From: Octopus sinensis
Lineage: Eukaryota
Assembly (NCBI RefSeq): GCF_006345805.1
Contig: NC_043003.1
Coordinates: 103,106,001-103,170,000 of the forward strand
Direction: 5' to 3'
DNA length: 64,000 nucleotides
How positions within the stretch are numbered: the first letter of the stretch is position 1; the number at the start of each line of letters is the position of its first letter. The position numbers and the translations under genes were made by a program. Shown here piece by piece: positions 28,090 to 41,264 of the stretch. The notes beneath the pieces are model-generated. The model was not told where the DNA came from. It made no database searches and was given only the letters and a program-made list of their open reading frames with translations.

Positions 28090-29755
28090 TATCTTTATTG
28101 TCAGTTCGAATGATAAATAGGTTTAAAAATTATGAATGATATATATAAAAATAATATTTTGATTTTGTTTTTTTTTTTTTTGGACTTTAACCTTAAAAGC
28201 CCAGCGACTACACCTTTTACTTTTCCCATGAAGGATTAAGCAGGGTCAATTGCACCCACCTTTCTTACCACAGCCTTCCATATTTTCTCGAACACACCTC
28301 GCGACAGGTATCTCCTCCCAACCCTATCTTGCTCATCAGATGATATCTGAAGTACGTCAGCAAACCAGGACTAGAGATGAAGGATCCCGTCACAAATCCT
28401 TGCATTCTAGTCTTCCACACACACTCAACACTGCAACTGTACATAGAAAACATGCCTCACCTTCCTTTGAGAGTCCGGTTGGCAGTCCTATCTTTATTAT
28501 AGACTCAGCTGATAGCTGTGCTCTGCCTAGGTTTGACAAAACGTGTTCTACGTACATTATCAAGCTTGAAAGCTCCCGGCACTGTACAAGAGCGTGCTTG
28601 ACGGTTTCATCGTCCAGTCCACAACTTGGACATGCTCTTGACTCGGACATTCCGTGCCAGGACAATTTATCGCGAACAGGTAAAGCATTCCTGTAGCACT
28701 GCCTGGCCAGGGATCTTTGATAATTATCCAAATACCCCGGTCTGAAAGTTTTTTGGGACAGGTTAGCATGTTGGTTCTCGTCGAACCCCAGCGCCAGTCC
28801 TAGGACGTCATCGTTTTTACTTTCTACCAACCCTTTGTACCAAACCGAGGTGGTATTCCCATTGCCGGCCTTCCCCGTCATGTGGATACGCACGAGCGCC
28901 TTCGACACTCCTTTTGCGATTCTGTCAGATTACGTCTTTTAATAAAACCGGGTTTGAATCTCTCCAAGGAGGCTGGTCGCGGGAAGAATTCCTCCGCCAG
29001 CGGATTCCACACCTTGTCACCCTCCAGATAGCGCCAGAGATGTCTGCGCATCATTAGCCAGGGCATCCTTAACCCACCCTTTAGTGATCCATGGCACCAG
29101 GTGGAGCGCCTCACAAGTATCTTTCCTCCTTTCTACAATAAGCGGAAGAGGAGGCGCTCCAGCTTGTTTAGCCACGAGGCGGGGCAAGGGACAACGGTTA
29201 GGCGGTAGGTGATTACAGATGCAATAAACACTTGTAGCACCTCTATCCTTCCCTTCAGGTCAGGACTAGGACCTCCACCATATCTGCCACCTCGCTCAAA
29301 TTCTTCTTCCGTCTGGGAGTCCGGTGCAAACCAAACTCCAAGCAACATAACAGGACCATCTGTCCAATGACCCACGACACTGGACGATATCGACTTGCTT
29401 TTCCAGGTGCCAAGGCGCAAGCTGATGGACTTGTCCTTGTTAACTTTTGCCCCTGCCACCGCCTCGTGTTCTTTGAGCGAACTCTACATAAGGTAGCTGA
29501 GCCTCATTGGACGCGATGATTGTGACGTCATCCGCACAAGCAGAGACCGACTTACCGCATCCGATTTCATTGGGGGTGCGCCTCAAATTCTCCAACTTCC
29601 GCAGAATGGCTCAAGAGCCAACACGTACAGGAGCGGAGACAGGGGACAGCCTTCACGAACTGAGCGCTTGATCGAAAACGGCTCCGACAGGTAGCCGTTT
29701 ATCTGAACGGTGGATTTGATGCCCCTATATATTGCGGAGATCCACCTAATCAACC
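28090..29755 (-). mobile_element. Tx1/L1-clade LINE 3' part (RT to C-terminal cysteine-rich region and 3' UTR), degenerate
   Basis: RSVREGCPLSPLLYVLALEP, ACADDVTI-like motif, AKVNKDKS, and LPVRDKL..HG...CPSCGLDDETVKHALVQC; AATAAA on - at 28094-28099. Confidence 0.85.
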
Positions 29756-30756
29756 AGGAGGAGAAAATTACTCTCCTCCAAGCTGCTGTCACCGAAAAAG
29801 CTAACTGGACCGGTCAAACAGTCAATCTCCTTATTCAGGCGTAACCTAAAACAATTGAAGCGATTCCCGAGAAAATTGAGATAGGGGAGGAAACCCTCAT
29901 AGTGTTTGTTGAGGGCTGAAAACCCCGATGATTTTTGTGTGGCCAATTAGGCCACATTCGAAAGAATTGCAAGGAAGGAGAGGAAGAGGAGGGAGAGGAG
30001 AAAGAAGAAGAAGAAGAAGAAGAAGAAGAAGAAGAAGAAAGAGGAGGAGGAGGAGGGGGAAGGTGAAGAAGAAGAAGAAGAAGAAGAAGAAGAAGAAGAA
30101 GAAGAAGAAGGAAAAGAAAAAGAAGAGAAGAAAACAACAAACAAGAGAAAAATACAACCAGCAACTCAACCGAGAGCGGCGACTACTACAGACCAACGAC
30201 CAAAAAAGATTGCCAGAAGAGAAAAAGAAGGGAAAGGCATAATAGCCGAATATACTTTTTGTTTGAATGTATGTGGCCTGATGTCGAGCTGGAAGCAAGG
30301 ACGCTTCCTAAATGACATCAGGTCGCGGGATTTAGATGTAATTGTGGCTACAGAAACCTGGTTGAAAGGGCCAAGAGATCTGCTCCTCCTGAATGGCTAC
30401 GAGTAATACGTTTCTCCGTGTTGGGCGGGAGGTAGGAGTGGGGTGTTGGTCCTATTAAAAAGAAACCGCGTTTCCGAGAAAAAGTTGATGTTTTCTGATC
30501 CACAAGGCAGGCTGGTCGTACTGGGCTTGACTTTCAGTTGCAGCAAGGCAGTGAGGCTGGTTGCAGTTTATGCACCCAATCTTATTGGTCCACAAAGTGA
30601 ATATTTTCGTGACCTAGGGAAACTTCTAGCCTCGTTGCATTCTTTAGTTCTGTTGGGAGACTTTAACACATTCTGCGATGCGCGCGTAGATTGTGCTGGC
30701 TCGAGAGCGGGATCTGCTAAGCTATTTCCAGCTGGCAGACCCATACAGGCTGGAAC
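29751..30756 (+). mobile_element. Inverted Tx1 segment (ORF1 zinc-knuckle region to AP endonuclease)
   Basis: Homologous to 47040-48370(-): broken CGQLGHIRKNC knuckle, E/K-rich tract, then DVIVATET, RLVVL...RLVAVYAPN, LLGDFN. Confidence 0.85.
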
Positions 30757-32442
30757 AAAAGGACTCTCCATTTATGGTAATTGTGTCCACTTCCACATGA
30801 AAACGGAATTATTCTTAAGGATAAATCTTTCTCCAAAACTGATATAAAATTAAGAAGAAATAAAATCTGATTGTCTGAAGACAAATATCAGCTGTTCACA
30901 CGAGTGTCATGTTTTTGTTTCAATAGGTATCATCAATATTTTCTATTTTGTATGAATATCATGTTTGCAGAAGACAAAGCAGGACAACTGCTATGCTGAT
31001 AACGCCTATTGAGGTGGAAACATGAATCTACAATTGTCATCTTGCCTCCAGTCGTTCCGGCTATCTTTTCCTTAATGGCATTTCAGTTTTAAAGAACTTG
31101 ATTGTTGAGATGATTATCCATTCTCATTTGGATTTGCATGTAGTTACCACCAAGGCGATCATTATACATCTTCTGGAAGAGAGAGTATTATTTTAAAATC
31201 AAGGATATGGGTTGAGAGAGCTTTGCTGTTCACGATGTTAATTAGAATGGCGATTTTATCGTTATGTGTAAGGTCTGTGAGCATTGTGGTTGGAGAATGT
31301 CAGCGGGAGAAGGAATTAGTTAGCGTGGCCTTACCTGAGACAAGCTTTTATTGCTGTAGTTTAAAGTCCTGATACAGCCTATGATTAAAGGCTTTGTGCG
31401 TGTGAGAGTGTGTGTGAGCGCGTAACGAAAACGTTAAGATTTTTCGCTCATAATTTTTTTATTTAATTAAATTAGGCTCTTTATAAACACACATCAAAAT
31501 AACGTGCTAACCTTTGCAGCAAAGCAGCCAGGCATATCTTCACTCAAATTAGTTTTCACAAAGTGTCAGTTGCCAACTACATTGTTTATATTTCTTTCGC
31601 GTGCCACTCAAGGTTTCTGATATTTCATAGCATTTATCCTAGGCTATATAAATTTGTCTTAAGGTCATTTCATGTTTATTTTTTATTCATCACTTCACTT
31701 TGATTTCACGGCTGAAATTCTCAATGTTATTATGAGTTTTGAAAATAATGAATAAAACATGGAATGATATTTATACAGCTTTATATAGCCTAAGGTTAAA
31801 TGCTAAGAAATGTCGAAGACCTTGAGTGTTAGGCAAGAAAGATATAATCGATGTAGGAGGTCATTGAGATGTTATGGGTGTTAACGTGAGCAAAGAAGAA
31901 GTGCCCGGTCGCTTTGTTCCGAAGGTTTACCATGGACGTCGTCTGGATTGCGAGAGATACGAGTTTCGAGTCTCACGAGTGGTTACGTGCATGTTCTTTC
32001 TAATATGTTCATTATCCATGGTAGGGCCAAACAGAACTGAAATCTGCTTTGCCTCCTACACCAAACTTACACCGAAGAAGGAAAAAGAGTGAATGATCCA
32101 GCAGAGAAGTTAACACCTTTTTTTTCTGTTTGTCAATGTTGATGGAGGATAGAAGCTTAACAATTGCAATCCTTTCGTGGTCATCTAGTTTATAGAATCA
32201 TGATGAACAGTCCTTATTTGCAGAGTTCTGGTTGGCAAGATGATATTTTAAGTCTGCTGCTACTTTTGCTGCCACAATTCGATAGTTTTAAGACAATACG
32301 TTTTCCTTTTCCGCTCGGCCTTTAGCAACAGTGAAAGGACATGGTTATATGAGCCTGAGCGATTCACGGATCATATACAGTACGCTATACAAATCAATCC
32401 AACAGTTCTATATTTAAGAGATGAGGAATTATTTATATTAGT

Positions 32443-32623
32443 TACATTTGAAGAATATTTGTCCTCATCTTATTTGCTGTTAACACATTTCGGCTGATAT
32501 ACCTTCCAGCCTTCTTCAGGCGTGTTGGGGAAGTTCCTCAAGACACCTGAAGAAGGCTGGAAGGTATATCAGCCGAAATGTGTTAACAGCAAATAAGATG
32601 AGGACAAATATCCTTCAAATGTA
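32443..32623. repeat. Near-perfect 181-bp palindrome of the HHR/pLTR tail seen at 11860-11968
   Basis: cctgaagaaggctggaaggtatatcagccgaaatgtgttaacagcaaataagatgaggacaaatat occurs identically on both strands; HHR-like cores at 32482-32525 (-) and 32542-32585 (+). Confidence 0.9.
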
Positions 32624-33076
32624 AATAATGTACATAATGTAAGTTCATCTGAATACTGCAAATTTCCAAGCATGAAGCTTGAAGTGATGACGTATAACTC
32701 CTATGTGTATTTACATACATACATAGGTGCAAAAAAAACCAGGCGCACACATAAGTCAACAAGACAAAATTTATATCAACACGGTAGGTACTTCCCCTAC
32801 AAACAATACGTAAACTAATTTATATATATATATATATATATATACATTATGTATATATACATATATACATAATATATATACATATATATATCATATATAT
32901 ACATATATATGCATATATACATTATACATATATATATATACATATACATATATACATATATATATATATACATTATATATACATATATATACATTATACA
33001 TATGTACATTAAATATATATATATATACATTATAAATATATATATACATATATACATTATATATATACATATATAC

Positions 33077-33148
<72 letters not shown>

Positions 33149-33595
33149 AAGAAAGAAAGAAAGAAAGAAATACAGTTAAACGCGGGTGTTATTCAAATCT
33201 TTATACTTCCAACAGTATAAAGATTTGAAGTACACCTGCGTTTAACTTCATTTCTGTATTTATCTGTTATACCAAAACATTTCACTTAAACCTAGAATTT
33301 CTACCTTTATAAGTAAGCTGTAACATTCTTGATACTTATGTGAACTTTTTGCTACCCTGGTAACTATGTGTTTATTTTTTCTCTGTTATTTGTACACATT
33401 GAAAAACTACGCATACACACACACATACATATATATATACCAGAGGAAGCACATGAATGCGAAAAATAGTAGTAGGTGGAAAAAATAGTAGTAGAATACC
33501 GGAGGTAGAATAATATGCTATATTAATAAAGTTGCAAAGACATCACAAAAACTGTGAATCTCTGAATAACAATTTTGTGATGTCTTTGCAGCTTT

Positions 33596-34036
<441 letters not shown>

Positions 34037-34642
34037 TTATTAATAAAGTGTAAATATAAATGGCGGTTCCCCAGCTTGGTCACAGCTCATGAGCTGAAAC
34101 TAGATCAAATCAAATCATGCGTGTGTGTGGTGTGGGGGGTGTACAAAGTATGGGAGTTTAGTTCATAGGTAATCCAAACGATTAGGTACTCTAGGTAAGT
34201 ACTGTAACGGGTTACAAGGGCTCCAAGATTATAGCCGAGACGGTAGTTATGGAGCCATTGCAGATTTCCGATGCAACGGATATATAATTGTTAAACAGGA
34301 CAGGCAAGGCAAATTTCTCAAGTCCTGTACAATATTATAGGAAGAAATTCAAAATCTTACAGCTGTTCCTGGGATATCCCCGAGTAAGGGGGGAAATGGA
34401 GAAAAAGAAGCATAAATATGGATATACGCAGGATTGCACCTAAAGACTTACGCTCATGGACCTACGCAGGATTGCACCTAAGGACTCATGGTCTGGTTTC
34501 TATAGCTTTGGAAAGTTGAACTAGGAACATTTATGCTCCTTTTTTCTTCTTTCTTTCCATTTCCTTATTCTTTTACTCCCTTCCTCTATGTCGTCATCTC
34601 ATTATATATGCCATTCCCATTTTCCCTATTTTTTCCCTATTT

Positions 34643-34698
34643 GTCTCTGATGATGGAATATCCCATACTTGCGGATATCCCAGAAACAGCTGTAAGAC
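34643..34698 (+). ncRNA. Type I hammerhead ribozyme with fully canonical core
   Basis: GTCT-CTGATGA-TGG aATATCC catacttgc GGATAT c CCA-GAAAC-AGCT-GTA-AGAC: 4-bp stem I, 9-bp stem II with one mismatch, palindromic stem III ACAGCTGT, GUA (cleavage after 34694). Confidence 0.85.
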
Positions 34699-34836
34699 TT
34701 TGAATTTCTTGCTATGATAATATTGTATACGACTTGAGATGTTTGCCTTGCCTTAATGTTTGCTGTCCTCTTTAACAATTATATGTATGTATGTTTATGT
34801 ACAGAGAGTGAGAGATATTTGTGTGTACGTGTGTTT

Positions 34837-34887
34837 GTGCGTAAGTGCGTAAGTGCGTGTGGGTGCGCGTGCGTGCGTGTTCGTGTG

Positions 34888-34935
<48 letters not shown>

Positions 34936-35222
34936 TTGCGTGCGACCGTGCGTGTGCGTGCGTGCGTGCGTGCATGCGTGCGTGCGTGGTGTGCGTGCGT
35001 GCGTGCGTGTGTGTGCGTGCGTGCGTGCGTGCGTGTGCGTGCGTGCGTGTGCGTGCGTGCGTGTGCGTGCGTGCGTGTGTGTGCGTGGGTGCGTGCGTGC
35101 GTGTGCGTGCGTGCGTGCGTGCGCGTGCGTGCGTGCGCGTGCGTGCGTGCGCGTGCGTGCGTGCGCGTGCGTGCGTGCGCGTGCGTGCGTGCGAGTGCGT
35201 GCGCGTGCGTGCGCGTGTGTGT
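34837..35222. repeat. (GCGT)n/(GT)n alternating purine-pyrimidine tract
   Basis: Direct reading. Confidence 0.95.
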
Positions 35223-36273
35223 GATCCCATGCAGATGATTATATATGCATGCATATAAACAATATACAAGTATATATATATATATATATATGTTCCTATA
35301 CATACGCATATATGAAACATATACACGCGTGCATACATATGCATACGTACAGAGAGAGAGAATATTTATATAGCAATATCTCACACACGCATGCGCATAC
35401 ACACAACACACACGCACACGCACAGATACGGATATATATATATACACTGCGCCAAAAATAAGTCTCTGCGTTCTTAAAATGGGTTACATCGTTCCAGACG
35501 AAATTTTGGCGTCTGCCGTTCCATTGCCATCGTGTAGGTCATGGTGGTTTGGGTTTTATTTGTTGTTGCTCTCGTTCTTGTTCTTGTTCTTGTCACTGTT
35601 GATGTTGTCGCTGTTGTTGTTGTTGTTGCTCCTGCTGTTGTTGTCCATTGTTTGTGCTAATCCAATGAAGAAGGTCAGTTCTTTGTAACCTTGACTACGA
35701 TTCTGCCTTGGTTGGCTAAGATCCGAAAGTTTAATGTTTACTCAAAAATCTTTGTGCGTTAACGTTGTAATCAGAAAGCAAGAGTTTCATATAATCGATT
35801 CGTTCCAGCACACACACCCACATACCCACCTACACACACACACATGACATCACATCACACACACACATATGCATCACCTACACAGATATACATCACATAT
35901 ACACACATATATACATTACATACACATACACACGCGCACATATACATCACATACACACATACAAACATCACATTAAAAAATGAATATTCCGGAACCAAAA
36001 TTAGGCATTTCTAATGAAGGTTTTCATTAAAACCATTAGTTATAAATCTATTTAAGTAAATTTACTCATTATGGAATAACAGCACCAAAATTGCCATCAT
36101 CATCGCCAATAAAACGTACTGGTTTGTGTTGCAATCAACCAACAAATGTCCCGTATTCATGTTGAATACATACACATATGCATCGTTTTTAAAAATGATA
36201 CGTGAAAATTACTTTAAACAACAACGTCATTTCTGGAGGACAAGTTCTCAGAATGGCGTCATTTGTTTAACAG

Positions 36274-36296
36274 AGCCAAAAATAAAGAGAAAAGAC
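36274..36296 (+). other. Candidate 23-nt micro-exon (speculative)
   Basis: catttgtttaacAG|...|GTgagc; in phase 2-to-1 it reads AKNKEKR and joins the exon at 37647 in frame. Confidence 0.15.
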
Positions 36297-36464
36297 GTGA
36301 GCTTGAAACAGTCTTTTTCCACAGAGCTTTTAAAAAAGAAACACGAAGACAAAGTGTTTTCTTTTTAACTTTTATATATTTCAAAATATATTCAAACAGC
36401 AGATAACTCAAAAGGATATATAGGTTCGGATTACCAGCTGAATTATCGGAAAAGTGTGTATGTA

Positions 36465-36545
<81 letters not shown>

Positions 36546-36747
36546 CTTAAATATAGCCACGAAACACGTGTCGTTATTCTACCAATTATATACGTTTTTC
36601 TTATTTGTTTGCAATTTACTTAATCATTAGTATTTTATTGTTATTTTTATTTTAATATTTCTATTATATGTAATTTTCTAGATGGTGTAATTTAATTGTT
36701 CATTTGAATTGATAAAAGTGGTGGTTCTTTCTAATTATATATTATAT

Positions 36748-36789
<42 letters not shown>

Positions 36790-37646
36790 TATGATGGTCG
36801 CTCCCGTCGGTCTCGACGTATGAGTGTTTGAAGAAGAGGGCTTAAAGAGAGCAATAGAACGAAAGGAAGAAAAAGCTGAGACGCTGCATCTGTTCGCGAT
36901 GGATGCGTGAATGTAATTTCAATCTAGGTATGGATTTTGCTACAAAATCGCAATGGGGACATTAATGGTTTTGGTTTTGCCTGGGATTGGACAAGTATGT
37001 CTGTTGATTGCGGAATATAGTACTATTATTCTTTTTCTTCAACTCAAATTTTATATACAGAAAAGAATGACTTTTCTGCAGGTTCTTCCTTTCTTCATTA
37101 ATAACCAAATGTTTACAAATTGTAACTAATTTGTGTGTGTGATATCAGAATTTTAAAACAAAACACTGTTTCGAGGGATTTAAGCCATTTCTTACAGGTT
37201 TTATTTCATAACAGATTCCCTTTAATATAGGTTTGGTTTTTGTCTATCCTTACCATAGGTAAACTTTCCCACCAAACCCGCATACAAATAAATATGAGCT
37301 GTTTAAAAAGTGCTTTAAGCAGGAAACTTTAGAGCTTAGAACAGAGGGGATTTTTTAAAAACTTTTGATCACAAAATATAGCTACGATTTGTAAAATTGA
37401 CTTCGGCAAAGAGTCGAAACGAAAACCGCAAAGCATCTAGTTCGACATTCAAATAGGTTCGCTAATCCACATCCCTGGACTGGTACATTTTTATCGACTC
37501 TAAAAAAGATAAAATGCAAAATTGACGCCGATGGAATCGGAACTCGGAGACTTGAAACAAATAGTGCGAGTCTTTTAGTCCGATAATCTAACAACTCTGC
37601 CCATTTGTCACCTTTATGTGTGAGCCAGACACATAACCTTTAACAG

Positions 37647-37756
37647 CTCCTGTTTACTGTGAAGACTTCAGTCATGATCGCTGTTATAGTAAATGTATTC
37701 GTTCACAAATTCAAAGGCAATTAGATAATGCCAACCGCCCTACGATATTTACATAT
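37647..37756 (+). CDS. Candidate internal coding exon of an unidentified host gene
   Basis: acctttaacAG|ct + 36 open codons PVYCEDFSHDRCYSKCIRSQIQRQLDNANRPTIFTY|GTAAGT, in non-repetitive sequence; product not recognised. Confidence 0.35.
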
Positions 37757-38247
37757 GTAAGTTTGGTCTAATTTAATATACATTTTGTTGCACTATTCCA
37801 TTAAAACCTCAAACTTTGCCATGTTGCTGCCTTTGCTGTTGTTGCTTGTCTTCATTTTATTGTTAGCATAGTTGTCGTTGTAGTTGGCGCTGTTGCAAAA
37901 GACATTTATTTCCCGAGTTAATGAAAATCTAGTCAGTGTTCGATTCAGCGAAACAGCCGAGATATTATCTATAGGGACCAACAGCTGTGTTAAGTGTGCA
38001 ACATCTCTTACATCGTGATCTACGCCTTACAACAACAGTGCACTTTGCCGGTGATATCATTGCATAGCCGCAGGGCAGTACTGCTGGGGCAGACTTGTGA
38101 TCAAATTTATATCGCAGTATTCGTAGTAAAACTAAGAGTTCCAGAATGATTTCCTTGTTGTTTTATCATTATTTATCAACATATTAAAATTGTTCCTAAT
38201 TGTCCTTCTTACAATTTAAAGCTAACATTTTACCCCAGTGTCACTTT

Positions 38248-38540
38248 ATTATTATTATTATTATTGAGTGAGAGAGCAGTTCATGCCATCAAAGTGACAC
38301 TGGGGTAAAATATACGAAGCCCAGTATACCCTCCATAACTACCTGTCTGATAAGGGTACACTAGGCACATGCATCCCAACCATATGTGCGCGACATGGTG
38401 ATCTCATATCATGATAAACAGCACATGACCTTGCAGGTGGGGCCAAGTTAGAATATTTTTCTGGTTGAGTAACCCATCCCGCTCAAAAGGTCCCTGAATA
38501 AGGGTTGTTTAAGGATGTTGAACGAAACACATGTTCCCAA
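38248..38540 (-). mobile_element. Non-LTR retroposon 3' end with (AAT)n tail, same family as 20850-21357
   Basis: Reverse complement of the same 3' region (cccttattcagggacc...tttaccccagtgtcactttgatggcatg...ctc(aat)n). Confidence 0.7.
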
Positions 38541-38912
38541 GTAATATCTATCTCTCGCCATCACGGAACAGTACACACATACGCACACACACACACACAC
38601 ATACACACACACACACACAACACACACACACATACACGCACACAATATAATATACATATATGCTAATTGCTTTCCGAGGTTATTACACATTTTGGATCCG
38701 TTAACACATGGTGTAGATTTTTCGTCTATTTTCCAATTTATCGTATGTGGATAATGTGAAAAATAGCCAAAAAACATAGAGAGGAGTTTAAGGGTATAAA
38801 AAAAAAGAGCTTAAAGAACTAAGAGGGGGTGTAGCAGTTGACAGAAAAACGTTCATTTAAATCTGTGGGTGACATGATACCAAATGTGAATATGAAGTGA
38901 TTCTTCTGTTAC

Positions 38913-39156
38913 GTGTGGCTCTCAACCATTTTTATTTGTTTATGGTTTCTATTTTACTCGTCTGAACCCCCATAGCCTTTTGATGTTTAAAAATCCTATT
39001 ATATTTGTTATAATTAGATATTATTAAGAATTGTATAAAAGAATTGTTAAAATATTTTGCGTATTGTCGAAGTATAATCAATTTATTGCAGATAAATTTT
39101 AACAGAATCGTATACGGACCCCCAAGGGTCGTGTGAAGTCCGGTTGAGAACCACTG
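38913..39156. mobile_element. Possible hAT/Charlie-like MITE
   Basis: The right end reads CAGTGGTTCTCAACC on -; the left end gtggctctcaacc is a degenerate match; no clear 8-bp TSD. Confidence 0.35.
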
Positions 39157-39631
39157 GCTTATACACAAGTTTGTATAGATTGTAAATGAACCAAATAGAA
39201 TATCAGAAAATGGATATAGTAAATCTACGTGTGAGAGCGAGGGAGAAAGAGGGAGGGAGAGGCAGAAAGAGAGAAGAGAAAATCCTGCGTAGAGAAACTC
39301 GAGACAGGTGAGGATTTTAAGAGACAGTCATAAATGATATAACGTGAGGAGGTGACACAGAAGTAATTATATATATAAAAAAAAACAAATAGTAAGTTGG
39401 GAAAACGTTAAATATAGCTTAATAGAATAAAAGTCATTAGGATTATCAGGATTACAGGAATTACAGACCACCCGATTTACACTGTAATAAAGAATCAGTG
39501 TTGTTGATGTCACGAAGCTGGTGGTCATTCAATGCAGCCGTCACAGTTTGTCAATATTTCTAATAACGTAATTCGTTCGGATTGTTTATACCCATAAACA
39601 CGAGCACCTACAAAGACATCACATATATATA

Positions 39632-40849
39632 CAGACACGACAGAAGTAAATATACACCCATAAAACATCGTTTTATATTTTTTCCTAACTTGTAATGGTT
39701 TATATTTTAAATAATTGATATTTCTATATTTCAGGTCCAGTGTGTGAAAGTTTAATCATGCCATATACAAAAGAAGCCTTAGAAATGTCTGAATTTCAAA
39801 GAGCCCGTATTATGGGTCATTCTGAAGGTGGACACAGTCAGCATAAAATCGCAGAAAACCTTGAAACCCCGTTTTCTACAGTTAATAGAGTGATTATGCA
39901 ATTCACCAGAGAGGGGAAGGAGTCCACATCACCTCGCCCTGATCAACCAGGACACTCTGACAGGACCCTTCTCTTTGCTAAGAGAAGTGTAGAGGATAAT
40001 CCTCGTTGCAAAGCCTCTGACATAGCAGAGCAAGTCGATGTCAGTCCCAGAACAGTTGTCAGATATCTCCACAAACTTGGTTACTATGGTTGAGCAGTTA
40101 GAAGGAAGACATTTCTTCGATCGGTCAACATCAAGCGGAGAAAATATTTGGCCAGTGAGATGGTGGAGAGGCCACTAGCATTTTGGGACACTGTCATGTT
40201 CTCTAATGCGTCCAGGTTTGATGTATTTCCTGACAGTAGTCGAGTGTGGGTCTGGAGACTCTGTGATCAGGAATTTGATGTGAAAAGATTACAACCAACA
40301 ATGAAACACGGCAGCTATTCTGTGATGGTCTGGGGGAGCAATTTGGAGAATGATTGATCGAACTGGTGAAGTGTGAGAGAAACATAAACTCAGATAAATA
40401 TGTGTCTATATTGCAGAAAGGACTTTCAATCTTCTCTGGTGGTGAAATGATTAAAGAAGACTTTATTTATTGAAGATTGGGGCTCCTTGTCACACGGCTA
40501 AAATGACCCAATATTTGTTGGATGAGAATGACATTAAAAAGCTTCCGTGGCCAAGTCAGTCACCGGGTATGAACCCTATTGAACACCTTTGAGGCATAAT
40601 GAACAGGACACTTCGTAAAAAGAACATGAAAGCGTCTTCAAAGCCAGATATTTTGAGATTACTGCATGAAACTTGGCAAGAAATTCCGCAAGAGAATATT
40701 CGTCATCTGATCAGGAACATGCTTAATAGGGCATGTCTACTAAATATTAAATATTTACAGTATAACAAAAAATAATTTGAATGTATAATTTCAGATTTAA
40801 ATAAATTTTAATGATTATAAGGGTGTCTATTTATTCTTTCATGTTTGTG
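39632..40849 (+). mobile_element. Full-length decayed Tc1-family transposon (transposase pseudogene)
   Basis: TA-flanked imperfect TIRs (cagacacgacagaagtaaatatacaccc / gggtgtctatttattctttcatgtttgtg); HTH region STVNRVI, WDTVMFS..SRF, SVMVWG, PWPSQSP.MNPIEHL; stops and frameshifts present. Confidence 0.9.
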
Positions 40850-41216
40850 TATATATATATTAGATAATAAAACGAATGGTTTTCTCCTGGTAGCTTACTG
40901 GTAAAGCACTTTCAAAGTATTCGTTATGTATATGGTAAATGAAAGACAGAAGATGGAATATACGAACAATTTTATTATTAAGACAATTGTTTTGACACAT
41001 CTAGTATCTATCCCTTACGGATGGGACACTTAACAACTGGTTCAGGAGCAGCCGGCGGTCCAGGTGTGTCTCATCGGGTGATAGACAGATGCAACTTGTT
41101 AAAATAACAGATCCGCTATGTATCTCCTCATTTCGTAGAAAGAAAAGCAGCAAAATGAAGGAAACATTTTCACTTATATAGAAGATCAAAAATAAAATTA
41201 CAAATGCCAAAAAGAT

Positions 41217-41264
41217 GTCTCCGATGAAGGGATATAATAAATATCCTGGAAACAGCGGTAAGAC
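41217..41264 (+). ncRNA. Decayed hammerhead motif (U4C), same family as 34643 and 60165
   Basis: GTCT-CCGATGA-A-GGGATAT aataa ATATCCT-G-GAAAC-AGCG-GTA-AGAC. Confidence 0.65.

Noticed and set aside
36560-36585. GAAAC-ACGT-GTC, resembling an HHR 3' half with palindromic stem III
   Set aside because: No CUGANGA found upstream (interrupted by (TA)n); a half motif only.
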